A DNA stretch of 64,000 bases from Somniosus microcephalus (Eukaryota): contig CM126205.1 of the NCBI GenBank assembly GCA_052327205.1, forward strand, positions 119,350,001-119,414,000, given 5' to 3'. Below, piece after piece: positions 13,033 through 25,247 of the stretch. Under the pieces are notes generated by a model. The model was not told the origin of the DNA and ran no database searches. It saw nothing but the letters and a program-made list of their open reading frames with translations. Every line of letters begins with the position of its first letter. The first letter of the stretch is position 1. Both the position numbers and the translations under genes were made by a program.

Positions 13033-13273
13033 TGTGGTAAACCACTGTTTGTTATTGTTGTTGTTTTTGTTGTTGTTGCACACTGTTGTGCCTATGCATG
13101 CCTCAGCTGACCCCGCCCCTGGCTCCACCCACATGCCCGGGTATAACGGTGACTGCTCTGCAGCCCCCTGCCCTTTTGGATACCAGGCAACCACGAGAGG
13201 CATGCTCTGTTCTTTGCTAATAAAAGCCTATTAATTAACTCTCTGTCTTTTATGAGGAATTGATAGTGTATCA
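13033..13273 (+). repeat. 3' LTR (241 bp)
   Basis: Direct repeat of 8835-9069. Confidence 0.97.
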
Positions 13274-13301
13274 CTTTCTCTCTAGTCAAAGTAATTGTAT
13301 T

Positions 13302-14357
13302 AAGTGGGTCATTTTCCAGTTGGCAAACGGTAACTAGTGGGGTGCCACAGAGATCAGTACTGGGGCCTCAACTATTTACAATCTACATTAATGACTTGGA
13401 TGAAGGGACCGAGGCTAATGTAGCCAAGTTTGCAGATGATACAAAGATCAGTGTGAAAACAAGTTGTGCAGAGGGCTCAAATAATCTGCAAAGGAATATA
13501 GACAGGCTAAGTGAGTGGGAAAACATTTGGCAGATGGAGTATAATGTGGGAAAGTGCGTGGTTATTCACTTTGGCAGGAAATATAAAAAAGCAAACTATT
13601 ATTTAAAGGGAGCTGGATTACAAAATGCTACAGTTCAGAGGGACATGGGGGTCCTTGTGCAGGAATCACAAAAAGTTAACATGCAGGTACAGCAAGTAAT
13701 CAAAAAGGCAAATGGAATGTTGGCCTTTATTTCAAGGGGGTTGGAGTATAAAAGCAGGGAAGTCCTGCTACAACTGTACAAGGTATTGGTGAGACCACAC
13801 CTTGAGTACTGTGTACAGTTTTGGTCTCCTTATTTAAGGAAGGATATACTTGCATTGGAGGCAGTTCAGGGGCGATTCACTCGGTTAATTCCAGCGATGA
13901 GGGGGTTGACTTATGAAGAAAGGTTGAGCAAGCTGAGCCTATGCTCATTGGAATTTAGAAGGATGAGAGGTGATCTTATTGAAACATATAAAATACTGAG
14001 GGGGCACGACAGGGTAGATGCAGAGAGGATGTTTCCCTCGTGGGGAAATCTAGAACTCGGGGCATAGTCTCAGAATAAAGGGCCACCCTTTTGGAACTGA
14101 GATGACGAGGAATTTCTTCTCTCAGAGGGTCGTAAATCTGCGGAATTCTCTGCCCCAGAGAGCTGTGGAGGCTGGTTTATTAAATACATCTAAGGTGGTG
14201 ATAGACAGGTTTTTGCAAGATAAGGGAGTGAAGGGTTAAGGGGAGCGGGCTGGGAAGTGGCTTTGAGCTCAAGATCAGCCATGATCTTATTGAATGGCGG
14301 AGCAGGCTCGAGGGGCCAAGTGGCCTATTCCTGCTCTTATTTCTTTTGTTCTTATGT
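13302..14357 (+). mobile_element. 5'-truncated CR1 LINE (RT C-terminal half and 3' UTR)
   Basis: ORF 13342-14067 contains VLGPQLFTIYINDL..KFADDTK..LVRPHLEYCVQFWSP; tail TTCTTATG. Confidence 0.95.
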
Positions 14358-14845
14358 TTTTAAGTTCCACCCAACCCCAATAGCCCCTTGATTATCAATT
14401 ATTAGCTTTTAGTTTCTTCTCCCGTGTTTCACCTTATTCTGCAATGCTTCTGCCGAATGGACTGGTATTGTATCTTCAAGCTACTTTAAGCTGTTTGGGA
14501 CGCTGAGCTTGTAAATTTTCCAATTTATCTGAGGTTAATAAAATACAAGCTCCAAGCACAATGTCTAAATTGGCCATTTATTGGACAAACTTCTTTTGTT
14601 TCATCTTGATGAAAGTCCACCCATTCTTCATTAGTGTTGTGAATTTAGCTCCTGGGTGAAGGAGGATTTGTAGCACAAATCTCCCCACAGAACGTGATCT
14701 AAATCAGCGAGTGAAGGTCTCATTCCATTGGCTCCTTCCCGCACTCTCGGTATTGGGGGCAGATGTAGGTGTACTTTACAAACTCGTTGTAAAATAGAAA
14801 TACGTTCAATTACACTGAGCATAAACCCTCCCAGGAATGTTTGCA

Positions 14846-15538
14846 CACCATCAGCTGGTTTGAACACACCGTCAGCTGGTTTGATCACACTGTCAACTAG
14901 TTTGAACACACCATCAGCTGGTTTGAACACACCGTCAGCTGGTTTGAACTCACCGTCAGCTAGTTTGAACTCACCATCAGATGGTTTGAACACACCATCA
15001 GCTGGTTTGAACTCACCATCAGCTGGTTTGAACACACCATCAGCTGGTTTGAACACACCGTCAGCTGGTTTGAACTCACCATCAGCTGGTTTGAACTCAC
15101 CGTCAGCTGGTTTGATCACACTGTCAGCTGGTTTGAACTCACCGTCAACTAGTTTGAACACACCATCAGCTGGTTTGAACACACCGTCAGCTGGTTTGAA
15201 CAAACCCTCAGCTGGTTTGAACTCACCATCAGCTAGTTTGAACACACCATCAGCTGGTTTGAACACAGCATCAGCTGGTTTAAACACACCGTCAGCTGGT
15301 TTGAACTCACCGTCAGCTGGTTTGAATATAGCGTCAGCTGGTTTGAACACACCGTCAGCTGGTTTGAACACAGCGTCAGCTGGTTTGAACACACCGTCAG
15401 CTGGTTTGAACACACCGTCAGCTGGTTTGAACACACCATCAGCTGGATTGAACACACCGTCAGCTGGTTTGAACACACCATCAGCTGGTTTGAACTCACC
15501 ATCAGCTGGTTTGAACATACCGTCAGCTGGATTGAACT
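14846..15538. repeat. 21-bp minisatellite (ACACCRTCAGCTGGTTTGAAC)n, about 33 copies
   Basis: Highly homogeneous tandem array; most units carry CAGCTG. Confidence 0.97.
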
Positions 15539-15619
15539 AACTCCAGAATTCAATCAAATTCCTGTGAACTGAATGAAATAAAAGATTTTGAGTGTCCCTG
15601 GACAAACCATGCCTACTAC

Positions 15620-16070
15620 CTCTTCTCCCGTTTCCTCCACTTCTCTCCTCTTCCAATCTCATCCCCACTCCTCTAACCCCTCCCTAATCCTCCTCCTCTT
15701 CCTCCTCCTCCTTTCCTCCCTTCTGCTTCGCTGCTCTTCCACTCTCCACTTCCCATTTCTCCTCGTCCCTTATCCTTGTTGTCCCACTCTCCTCATTTCC
15801 CTTAAGCACCACGCCGTCACCCATCCCCCTCCCTAATCTCCACCTTTTCTCTGTTTCTCTGCCACTTCTTCTCACCTATCCTCCCCTTACCTCAGCCATA
15901 TCCATACTGCTCTTCCCTTTCCTCGTTCATTATTCTCCCCCTCTCTCTCCAATCTGATATTACACACTGCTCCTCCTTCTCTCTCCTCTGCCTCTTTCCC
16001 TGCCTCCTCTCCCCTCCTCTCCTCCCATTCCGCTCCTCTTCGACTCACCTCACCCTTTGATCTCTCAATC
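15620..16070. repeat. Pyrimidine-rich (CT) low-complexity tract
   Basis: Nearly pure C/T on the + strand. Confidence 0.8.
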
Positions 16071-17579
16071 TGCTTCAGCTTCTCTGGCAGCCCTACATCC
16101 CCAGAATCCCACCCGCAGATCCGAGACAGGAGGGTTGAATCACAACGTTGGAATTTTACATAGGCAGTTCCCATGATAATTGTGGACATATTAATGCAAT
16201 ATTGAAATATAGAGATAAGGACAGAGTGCATGACTTTTAAATGGGACTCATTTATGCCTATGTGCGTTTGTCCATTTCCCCCCTGGCCTCCATACCTGCC
16301 TCATCTGTGGAATACATTTAACCTTGACTCCCTTTTTGGAACGCCAGACTAGTCTCTGTGTATATGTGTATAAACTAGCCAATCTCCCATGATATTGCAC
16401 ACAGGCAGTCAATAAATATTTCAGTCTTCAGATTAAGCTGCCCCATACCTGTAAACAAGTCCAGCCCCCTGATCCCGACTGCATTATCCAGGACTAAACC
16501 CATAATAGCCGAAATATAACCACCTGTGTGTCTCCGTCTAATCACAATCTCACAGTTCATAAGGTGCCAGCTGCGGGCAGTGCTTGACTGGTGTCCCAAT
16601 GCCTGTATGGAACCCACAGATTGCTACATGTAGTCAGGTGGGATACAGTGGGGCAGACACGGGAACTGTTAACATCAGCCCAGTAATCCCCACACCCTGA
16701 CCCTCAGAGTGTACTTGTCTGTGAACAGAGTGATGTGGCTGGGAGTGAGACCAAGTGTCTGTGAGCAGCCGTTCTGAGGCGCTTTCACCCTGTTGGAGGG
16801 CCAGTAACTGCCTTCCCCGGAGCGCAGGGAAAGGGAAGTGCAAGGAGACAAGAGGGGTTTCCTCCCGTGAGATGTATCTGTCTCTGCACCACTTTAAAGT
16901 CCCTCCCTATATGGAGACCAAGGTCTTCATTGGAAATATTGAGTATCTCAGAGCCCCACACAGCTTCCTTCAGGAATCATTCATACTAGAGGTGATGTGT
17001 ACAGGAGGAGGGCTGTTTGAATCACTGTCAACCACAGACCAGTTCATGGCCTGCAAGGAAGGTCTATGATGTCACAATACTCAGGCAGAGCGTAATGGGA
17101 GTGTCACCGCTTTATGACATCACTGATGCTGCAGTACCTAGCAACCAATCAACTGCTGTTAGGTACTGTGTGTATGCCCTTTTGAACTGGGCCATGAGAA
17201 CTGCCAACTCCATTCTGTGTTCTCACAATGTGGCCACTTCAGGGGCCCTACCCGGATACTGCATTTCATGGATTTTTGCGAATCCTACAGATGTGGTCGG
17301 AGAGTGCATGAGGGGAAATAGGAGAGAAACTAGAAAAATAAATCATTTCAGGGCTATGGTGGGGTGGGGGTTAATCTATGAGGAAGTTTTGCCCGGTGGC
17401 TGGGGGAAGGGAGGGAAGTGGCGAAGGCAGCTGAATGGATGGTCTCCATCTTTGTGACAAAGAAGTTCATAGGTTCCTTGCACTTGTTGTTTGTGGTGAG
17501 GGTGAGGACCCGTTGTACTTTATGTGGTGCAGCAAGGTCTGCCGATGAAAGGTTAAACTAGTTGTCTGCAATAGACGTT

Positions 17580-17765
17580 CAAGTCTATGTTCCTTGGACA
17601 TGGAAGCAGAGATGAGAGTCATATCATTGTGAACCACCAGAGAATGTAATGGTTTATTGGGTCAGGGGCATCAAAGGTGGAAGTGAGGGTGTGATTGAGC
17701 AGATCGGTAGCTGCAGAAAGGTCATGGTGAATGGAGGGCCAAAGGCTATACATTGTGGAATTTGA
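17580..17765 (-). mobile_element. L2 LINE fragment
   Basis: Minus strand encodes SLWPSIHHDLSAATDLLNHTLTSTFDA. Confidence 0.6.
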
Positions 17766-17859
17766 AATTCATCGCTAGGCACGCCCCTTGTCTCGCTGTT
17801 CTGGTGATGAAACTGACATATACCAGAGAAGGTAAAATATTACCTCGGTATAGCCTATC

Positions 17860-19040
17860 AACAAATTCGGGACAAGTCTCACCCGGCCAATTACCGCTCT
17901 ATCAGTTTTCTATTAATCCTCAGTAAAGTGATTGACGAGTTTTAATTATTGCTGTGAAGTCGCATCTACTCACTAATACCCGGCTCACCGATACTCAGTT
18001 TGGATCCTGCCAGATGCACCCGGATGCAAACTTCTCACAGCCTTGATACAGACATCGTTTCAATGGGGGTCCAAGGGGGGAATTCTCCAATGGTTGAGGT
18101 CATACCTGCTACAAGTAATGTGGTTGTTCTTGTCGTAACTCAGGGACGTGTCCTCAGAGTAACCAACTCCAGCTGCCTCATCAATGACATTCCGCCATCA
18201 TAAGGTCAGGATTAGTTCCATTCACTGATGATTCTGCCGTTTGCAACGCCATTTACAACTCCTCCAATAGCAACGTCTGCACAACACCCAGATTGGGCTG
18301 ATACGTGGCAGGTAATAAGCCAGTTTCATAAGTACCAGGTGTATTGATCAAAACAAAGAACACCCACCTGCCCGTGAACTTCACAGAGTCCCCAATGACC
18401 AACACTTGGTGATCACTATTGACTGGAAGCTGAACTGCACCAGCCATATCAATACTGTGACTGCAAGAGCAGGGCAGAGGCTGGGCAGAGGCTGGGCAGG
18501 GGCTGGGCAGAGACTGGGCAGAGACTGGGCAGAGTCTGGGCAGAGGCTGGGCAGAGGTTGGGCAGAGACTGGGCAGAGGCAGGGCAGAGGTTGGGCAGAG
18601 GTGGGGCAGAGACTAGGCAGAGGCTGGGTAGAGACTGGGCAGAGGCTGGTCAGAGGGCGGGCAGAGACTGGGCAGAGGCTGGGCATCCTTTGAGAGTGAC
18701 TTACTGCTTGATCCCGAAAGCCTACCAAACACCTGGAAGTCTCAGGTCAGAAATGTGATGTAATACAGACCACTCACCTGGATGGGCATCAACAACATCC
18801 AACAAGCGCAACACCATCCAGGACAGAACAGTTTTTGATCAGTGTCTGTGTACCACTAGATTCATTATCCACCCCCTCCAGCACTGCGGCTGCAGTAAGC
18901 TCGGTCTACAGAATGCACTGCATTAACTCACCAAAGTTACTTCGGCAGCACCTGCTTCCCCTGTGATCTTTACACCAGGAGGAGAAGAGAAGAAATTTCG
19001 TGAGAACCATCACTTCCAGCACACCATCCTGGCTTGGACA
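17860..19040 (+). mobile_element. Old CR1/L2-group LINE RT fragment with an internal 11-bp expansion
   Basis: NYRSISFLLILSKV and ITIDWKLNCTSHINTVTARAGQRLG[repeat]IL..SQVRNVM; same family as 50780-56000. Confidence 0.8.
18472..18685. repeat. 11-bp repeat (GGGCAGAGGCT)n, about 19 copies, expanded from the LINE codons GQRLG
   Basis: LINE coding sequence is colinear on both sides of the array. Confidence 0.9.
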
Positions 19041-19910
19041 TATAAGAACATAAGAACATTAGAAAAAGAGCAGGAGTACGCCACACGGCCCCACAAGCCT
19101 GCTCCGCCATTCAATAAGATCATGGTTGATCATCGGCCTCAACTCCACTATCCCGCCCAGTCTCCATATCTCTTGATTCCTCTAAAGTCCAAAAATCTAT
19201 CGATCTCAGCCTGGAATATACTCAAAGACTCAGCATTCACAGCCCTCTGGGCAGAGAATTCCAAAGATTCACAACCCTCTGAGTGAAGAAATGTCTCCTC
19301 ATCTCAGTCTTAAATGGCCTACCCCTTATCCTGAGACTATGCCCCCTAGTTCTAGACACTCCAGCCAGGGGAAACAACCTCTCAGCATCTACCCTGTCAA
19401 TCCCCTTAAGAATCGTCTATGTTTCAATGAGATCACCTCTCATTCTTCTAAACTCCAGAGGGTATAGGCCCATTCTACACAATCTCTCATCATAGGAAAG
19501 CCCGCTCATCCCAGGAATCAATCTACTGAGCCTTCGTTTAATCGCCTCCAATGCAAATATAGCTTTCCTTAGATAAGGAGAACAAAACTGTGCACAGTAC
19601 TCCAGGTGTAGACTCACCAAGGCCCTATACAATGTAGCAAGACTTCGTTACACTTAGACTCCAACCCCCTTGCAATAAAGGCCAACCTGTCATTTGCCTT
19701 CCTTATTGCTTGCTGTATCTGCATGCTAGCTTTCTGTGTTTCTTGCACGAGGACACCTAAATCTCTCTGAACATCAACATTTGAAAATTTCTCACCATTT
19801 AAAAAAAATTTGTTTCTCTATTCATCCTAACAAAGCGAATAACCTCACAATTCCCTACAATGTATTCCATCTGCCACCTTACTGCCCGGTAACTTAGTCT
19901 ATCTATATCC
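19040..19910 (-). mobile_element. CR1 LINE 3' fragment
   Basis: YRALVSLHLEYCAQF..RRMRGDLIET; CATAAGAA tail. Confidence 0.92.
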
Positions 19911-20179
19911 CAGACCCTTCATCGGTTCTCAGTCAGAATCCAGGAATTCTCCAACTAACACCACGTGAGAGCACCGTCAGCAGAAGAACTACTTCAGCTC
20001 ATAGAGAAGACCCACCACCAGCATTTCAGGTAGCCAAGGATCGACAATAACTGAAGCCTTGCCGGTCTCAACTACATTCCAAGAACCAACTTTAAAAATT
20101 AATTCAATGGGGGTGGAATTATTAGCTGCAGTTGCGAATTGCATGAGATTCTGACCAGGGAGGAGAACTAAGTCTATTG

Positions 20180-20760
20180 CCAGGGAGGGGAATGGTGTCT
20201 GTGTCCAGGGAGGGGAATGGATTCTGTGTCCAGGGAGTGGAATGGAGTCTCTGTCCAGGGAGGAGAATGGAGTCTGTGTCCAGGGTGGGGAATGGAGTCT
20301 CTGTCTAGAAAGGGGAATGGAGTCTGTGTCCAGGGAGGGGAATTAAGTCTGTGTCCAGGGAGGGGAATGGAGTCAATGTCATGGGAGGGGAATGGAGTCT
20401 GTGGCGAGGATGGGGAATGGAGTCTGTGTCCAGGGTGGGGAATGGAGTCTGTGGCGAGGATGGGGAATGGAGTCTGTGTCCAGGGTGGGGAATGGAGTCT
20501 GTGGCGAGGGAGGGGAATGGAGTCTGTGTCCAGGGACGGGAATGGAGTCTGTGTCCAGGGAGGGGAATGGAGTCTGTGGTGAGGGTGGGGAATGGAGTCT
20601 GTGTCCAGGGAGGGGAATGGAATCTGCAGCGAGGGTGGGGAATGGAGTCTGTGTCCAGGGAGGGGAATGGACTCTGTGTACAGGGAGGGGAATGGAGTCT
20701 GTGGCGAGGGAGGAGAATGCAGTCTGTGTCCAGGGAGGGGAATGGAATCTGTGGCAAAGG
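20180..20760. repeat. 25-bp G-rich minisatellite (GGAGTCTGTGTCCAGGGAGGGGAAT)n, about 23 copies
   Basis: Read directly. Confidence 0.95.
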
Positions 20761-21829
20761 CATGGATGTAACGGCAAGGGCCGAAGATGATGACTTCAAT
20801 TGTTTTCTGAAATTGTAATCAATAATTGAATTATTTGTTGGAAACAGAACCTTCACAACCAACGTATTTAATACATAACTTGTAAGTGGCTTAAAGGAAG
20901 ACTTTCCGAGCACATCACAAATAACCTGTAAAGAAGGGACTGTCACTTTAAATAGACTGATAATATGACCCACATTGTAAGATGTCACGGTGGAATTTCA
21001 GAAAGTGTCTGAACACAGCTGGAGCCGTGTTACCCTGCTGCCTTTCACCTGCTGTGAGAACTGAACAGATCACAAATTGTTAGAGGGAATATGAGACAAG
21101 GAAATATTGCAAGATTTCACGATTCAATCCTCCATCTTCAATCGGCAGAAATAATTTCCACCTACAGGAGATGTTGGATAGTCCATGCGGACCTCACCGA
21201 GATCTCCTGAACTGTGGCTGAACAATGGAAATAAAGCAGTTCAAACATAACTGAATAAACATTTTACTGGAACATGTATTACAGTTAAATCCTGTCCCGG
21301 CCATCTGGAATCAGTGACCGTAAGGCAGAGCGGGAGATGGTGGAAAGTAAGACAGCTGCCTGGAGCTGCATCATTAGTGGGTATTGTCGCATATTTCAGT
21401 GAATTTGTGATCTAGCTGTCAGCGCTGGTTTCCACAGATCAGTGTCATTAACTACATCAAGCAGATGTTAAAACTCCTGTTACCCCGAACAGATATTTCT
21501 GGTCCAATAATAGGGTTCAGTGCAGAGCGCAGATTGCAAGTTGTTCAATAAAGAGAATCGCCCACTAACATTTGGTAAACAATTCAAATAACAGTCACAT
21601 TCTGTGAAAGACTATCAGTGGAAGCAAGTTGTGAAAAGTAGAAACTTCAGTGAACTGGGAGCATTGAATCGGTAACTGATCAAACATTACATGATAGAAA
21701 TACGATGCATTACCAGACACAGAAGAAGAGCGTTAAACTTAATACAATTAATAATCGGGTCTAAAGGACGAGGACAGTAAATACAGCGAAACATGGTTTA
21801 CAGAATTAATTGCTGAAATAATGACTCAC

Positions 21830-21926
21830 CAGGAACACCAACAGCAGCGAGGAGCGGATAATAAATCCTTTGTACATCGAAAAATGCCCACAGTATCCGG
21901 AGTTCAGGTGGAATCTCCCACAACAT
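21830..21926 (-). pseudogene. GPR139-like class A GPCR first coding exon (exon 2 not found in window)
   Basis: MLWEIPPELRILWAFFDVQRIYYPLLAAVGVP followed by phase-1 donor G|GTGAGT. Same motif and splice phase as exon 1 at 56412-56481 (YYTALAAITVP G|GTAAAG). Confidence 0.7.
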
Positions 21927-22399
21927 GATCTCATTGATTGTGAGATCCAATGGTCGCAGTTTGTATTGGAGACCACACTCAGTCAAACACTGATGGACAC
22001 AATGAAAACTGTCCCTATTTATAGCCTCAGGGAAATCTCCAGTGCGATCATTAAACTACACACTAACTGACATTAATTATAGTCACTTAACAAACACAAC
22101 GACATAATCCTTTCACACCATCACCTTCTATTGCACAACATATTAAAAGCAACGTGGTATTCTTACCAAGTGACTTCATCCACAACCAAAAAATTTATTT
22201 TTAACTCTGTTGTTAAAAACAGAAATAGGGCATCCTGCAATCTCAAATTATGAATGTGAAGTGAGCAGCTTCACTTACACAGTTCCGATTATTACTGCGA
22301 CATGCTGTAACCATGTAATTTCAGACTTTCAATTCATTTCAATGGGTGAACTTAACATAAGTGCAAAAGAAAAAATGGATGCAGAGAGGCAGATCAAGT

Positions 22400-25247
22400 A
22401 ACGGTCAGTAAGGACTTATGGGGACTGATAATACAATGGTTAGAAAGGATACATGGAGACTGATACTACAATGGTCAGTAAGAATTCATGGGGGCTGATG
22501 ATAAAATGGTCTGTAAGGATACATGGGGACTGATAATACAATGGTCAGTAAGGATACATGGGGACTGATAATACAATGGCCAGTAAGGATACATGAGACT
22601 GATAATACAATGGTCAGAAAGGATACATGGAGACTGATAATACAATCGTGAGAAAGGATACATGGGGACTGATAATACAATGGTCAGAAAGGATACATGG
22701 AGATTGATAATACAAAGGTCAGTAAGGATACATGGGGACTGATAATAAAATGGTCTGTAAGGATACACGCGGACTGATAATACAATGTTTAGTAAGGATA
22801 CATGGGGACTGATAATACAATGGCCAGTAAGGATACATGGGGACTGATCATAAAATGGTCAGTAAGGATGCATGGGGACTGATAATACAATAGTCAGTAA
22901 GTATTAAAGGGGACTGATAATACAATGGTCAGATAGGATACATGGGGACTGATAATGCAATGGTCAGTAAGGATACATGGGGACTGATAATACAATAGTC
23001 AGTAAGGATACATGGGTACAGCTAATAAAATGGTCAGTAAGGATACATGGGGACTGATAACACAATGGTCAGTATGGATACATGGGGCTGATAATACAAT
23101 GGTCAGTAAGAATTCATGGGGGCTGATAATCAAATGGTCAGTAAGGATATAAGGGGACTGATAATACAATGGTCAGTAAGGATAAATGGGGACTGATAAG
23201 ATAATGGTCAGTAAGGATACATGGGGACTGATAATACAATGGTCAAAAAGGATAAATGGGGACTGATAAGATAATGGTCAGTAAGGATACATGGGCACTA
23301 ATAATACAATGGTCAGAAAGGATACACGGAGACTGATAATACAATGGTCAGTAAGGATACATGGGGACTGATAATAAGCTGGTCTGTAAGGATACATGCG
23401 GACTGATAATACAATTGTCAGTATGGATACATGGAGACTGATAATACAATAGTCAGTAAGGATACATGAGGCCAGGTAATACAATGGCGAGTAACGATAT
23501 ATGGTGATTGATAATACAATGGTCAGAAAGGATTCAAGGGGACTAATAACATAATGGTCAGTAAGGAGACATATGTACTGATAAGACAATGGTCAGTAAA
23601 AATGCATGGGGACTGATAATTCAGTGGTCAGTAAGGATACATGGGGAATGATAATACAATGGTCAGTAAGGAGACATGGGGCCAGATAATACAATGGTCA
23701 GTAAGGAGACATGGGGCTAGATAATACAATGTTCAGTAAAGAGACATGGGTCCAGATAATACAATAGTAATGAGGATACATGGTGACTGATAATACACTG
23801 GTTAGTAAGGATAGATGAGGACTGATAATACGATGGTCGGTAAGAATGCATGGGGACTGATAATACATTAGTCAGCAAGGCTACATAGGCTTGATAATGT
23901 AATGGTCAGTAAGGATGCAAGGGGGACTGAAAATGCAGTGGTGAATAAGGATACATGGGGGTTGATAATGAATTGTCAGATAAGGTGCAGGGGAACTGGT
24001 AATTCTGTGGACAATAAGCATCCATAGGTGCTGATACAGTAGTCAGTAAGGATATATTGTGCGGATACAAATATTGATCAGTAAGTGTACATGGGGACTA
24101 ATAAATGAATGGACAATAAGGAAACACGAGGAATGATAATGCAATGGTGAGAAAGTGTAAATGGGGGCTGCTAATGTGATGGACAGCAAGGATACATGCG
24201 GACTGATAATACAATGGTCAGTAAGAATACATGGGGCTGATAATACAATGGTCAGAATGTACAAAAAGGCATTTAATGCAATGGTCATTTAGGATATATT
24301 AGTACGGAAAATGCAATAGTCAGTAAGTATATATGTGGACTGACAATTGAATGCACAGTAAATAACACGTGGAGAGATAATGCAATGGTCCGTAAAGATT
24401 AATGGGAGCTGATAATACAATGGGCAGTAAAGATTAATGGGGACTGATAATGCAATGGTCAGCAAGGATACATGCGGACTGGAAATGCAATGCTCAGTAA
24501 GGATTCATGGGGACTGATAATGCAATGGTCAGTAATGATAACTGGGGTATATAATGCAATGGTCAGTAAGGACACATGGGGACTGATATTCCAATGGTCA
24601 GTAAGGATACATGGGGACTGATAATAGAAAGATCAATAAGGTTACATACGGACTGATAATACAATGGTCAGTAAGGATACATGGGGACTGATAATACAAA
24701 GGTCAGTAAGGATATATGGGTACTGATAATACAAAGGTCAGTAAGGATATATGGGTACTGATAATACAATGGTCAGTATGGATACATGGGGACTGATAAT
24801 GCAATGGTCAGTAAGGATACATGGGGGTGATAATACAATGGTAAGTAAGGATACATGGGGACTGATAATACAATAGTCAGTAAGGATACATGGGGACTGA
24901 TAATACAATGGTCAATAAGGACACATGGGGACTGATAATACAATAGTCAGTAAGGATACATGGGGACTGATAATACAATGGTCAATAAGGACACATGGGG
25001 AATGATAATACAATGGTCAGTAAGAATATATGGGGACTGATAATACAATGGTCAATAAGAATACATGGGGACTGATAATACAATGGTCAGTAAGGATACA
25101 TGGTGGCTGATTATACAATGGTCAATAAGAATACATGGGGACTGACAATACAATGGTCAGTAAGGATACATGTGGACTGATAATGCAATGCTCAGTAAAG
25201 TTACATGGGGAATGATAGTGCAATGGTTAGTAGGAATACATGGGGAC
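22400..25247. repeat. 35-bp minisatellite (CATGGGGACTGATAATACAATGGTCAGTAAGGATA)n, about 80 copies
   Basis: Read directly; internal ACTGA..TCAGT inverted repeat in each unit. Confidence 0.97.

Larger units (their letters stand above)
8835..13273 (+). mobile_element. Two-LTR Ty3/Gypsy (Mag-like) retrotransposon, recent but defective
   Basis: TG..CA LTRs at 8835-9069 and 13033-13273; 5-bp TSD CTTTC (8830-8834 and 13274-13278); PPT AAACAAGGGGTGAA before the 3' LTR; domain order gag-PR-RT-RH-IN. Confidence 0.97.

Noticed and set aside
17066-17124. TCR decamer AGTGATGTCA on the minus strand as another V promoter
   Set aside because: No leader, V exon or RSS was found downstream in 16200-17050.
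20217-20988. Overlapping Gly/Trp/Cys-rich ORFs
   Set aside because: By-products of the 25-bp repeat.
22400-25247. CRISPR-like interpretation of the hairpin-containing 35-bp and 46-bp arrays
   Set aside because: The units are head-to-tail with no unique spacers, there are no cas genes, and the context is vertebrate.
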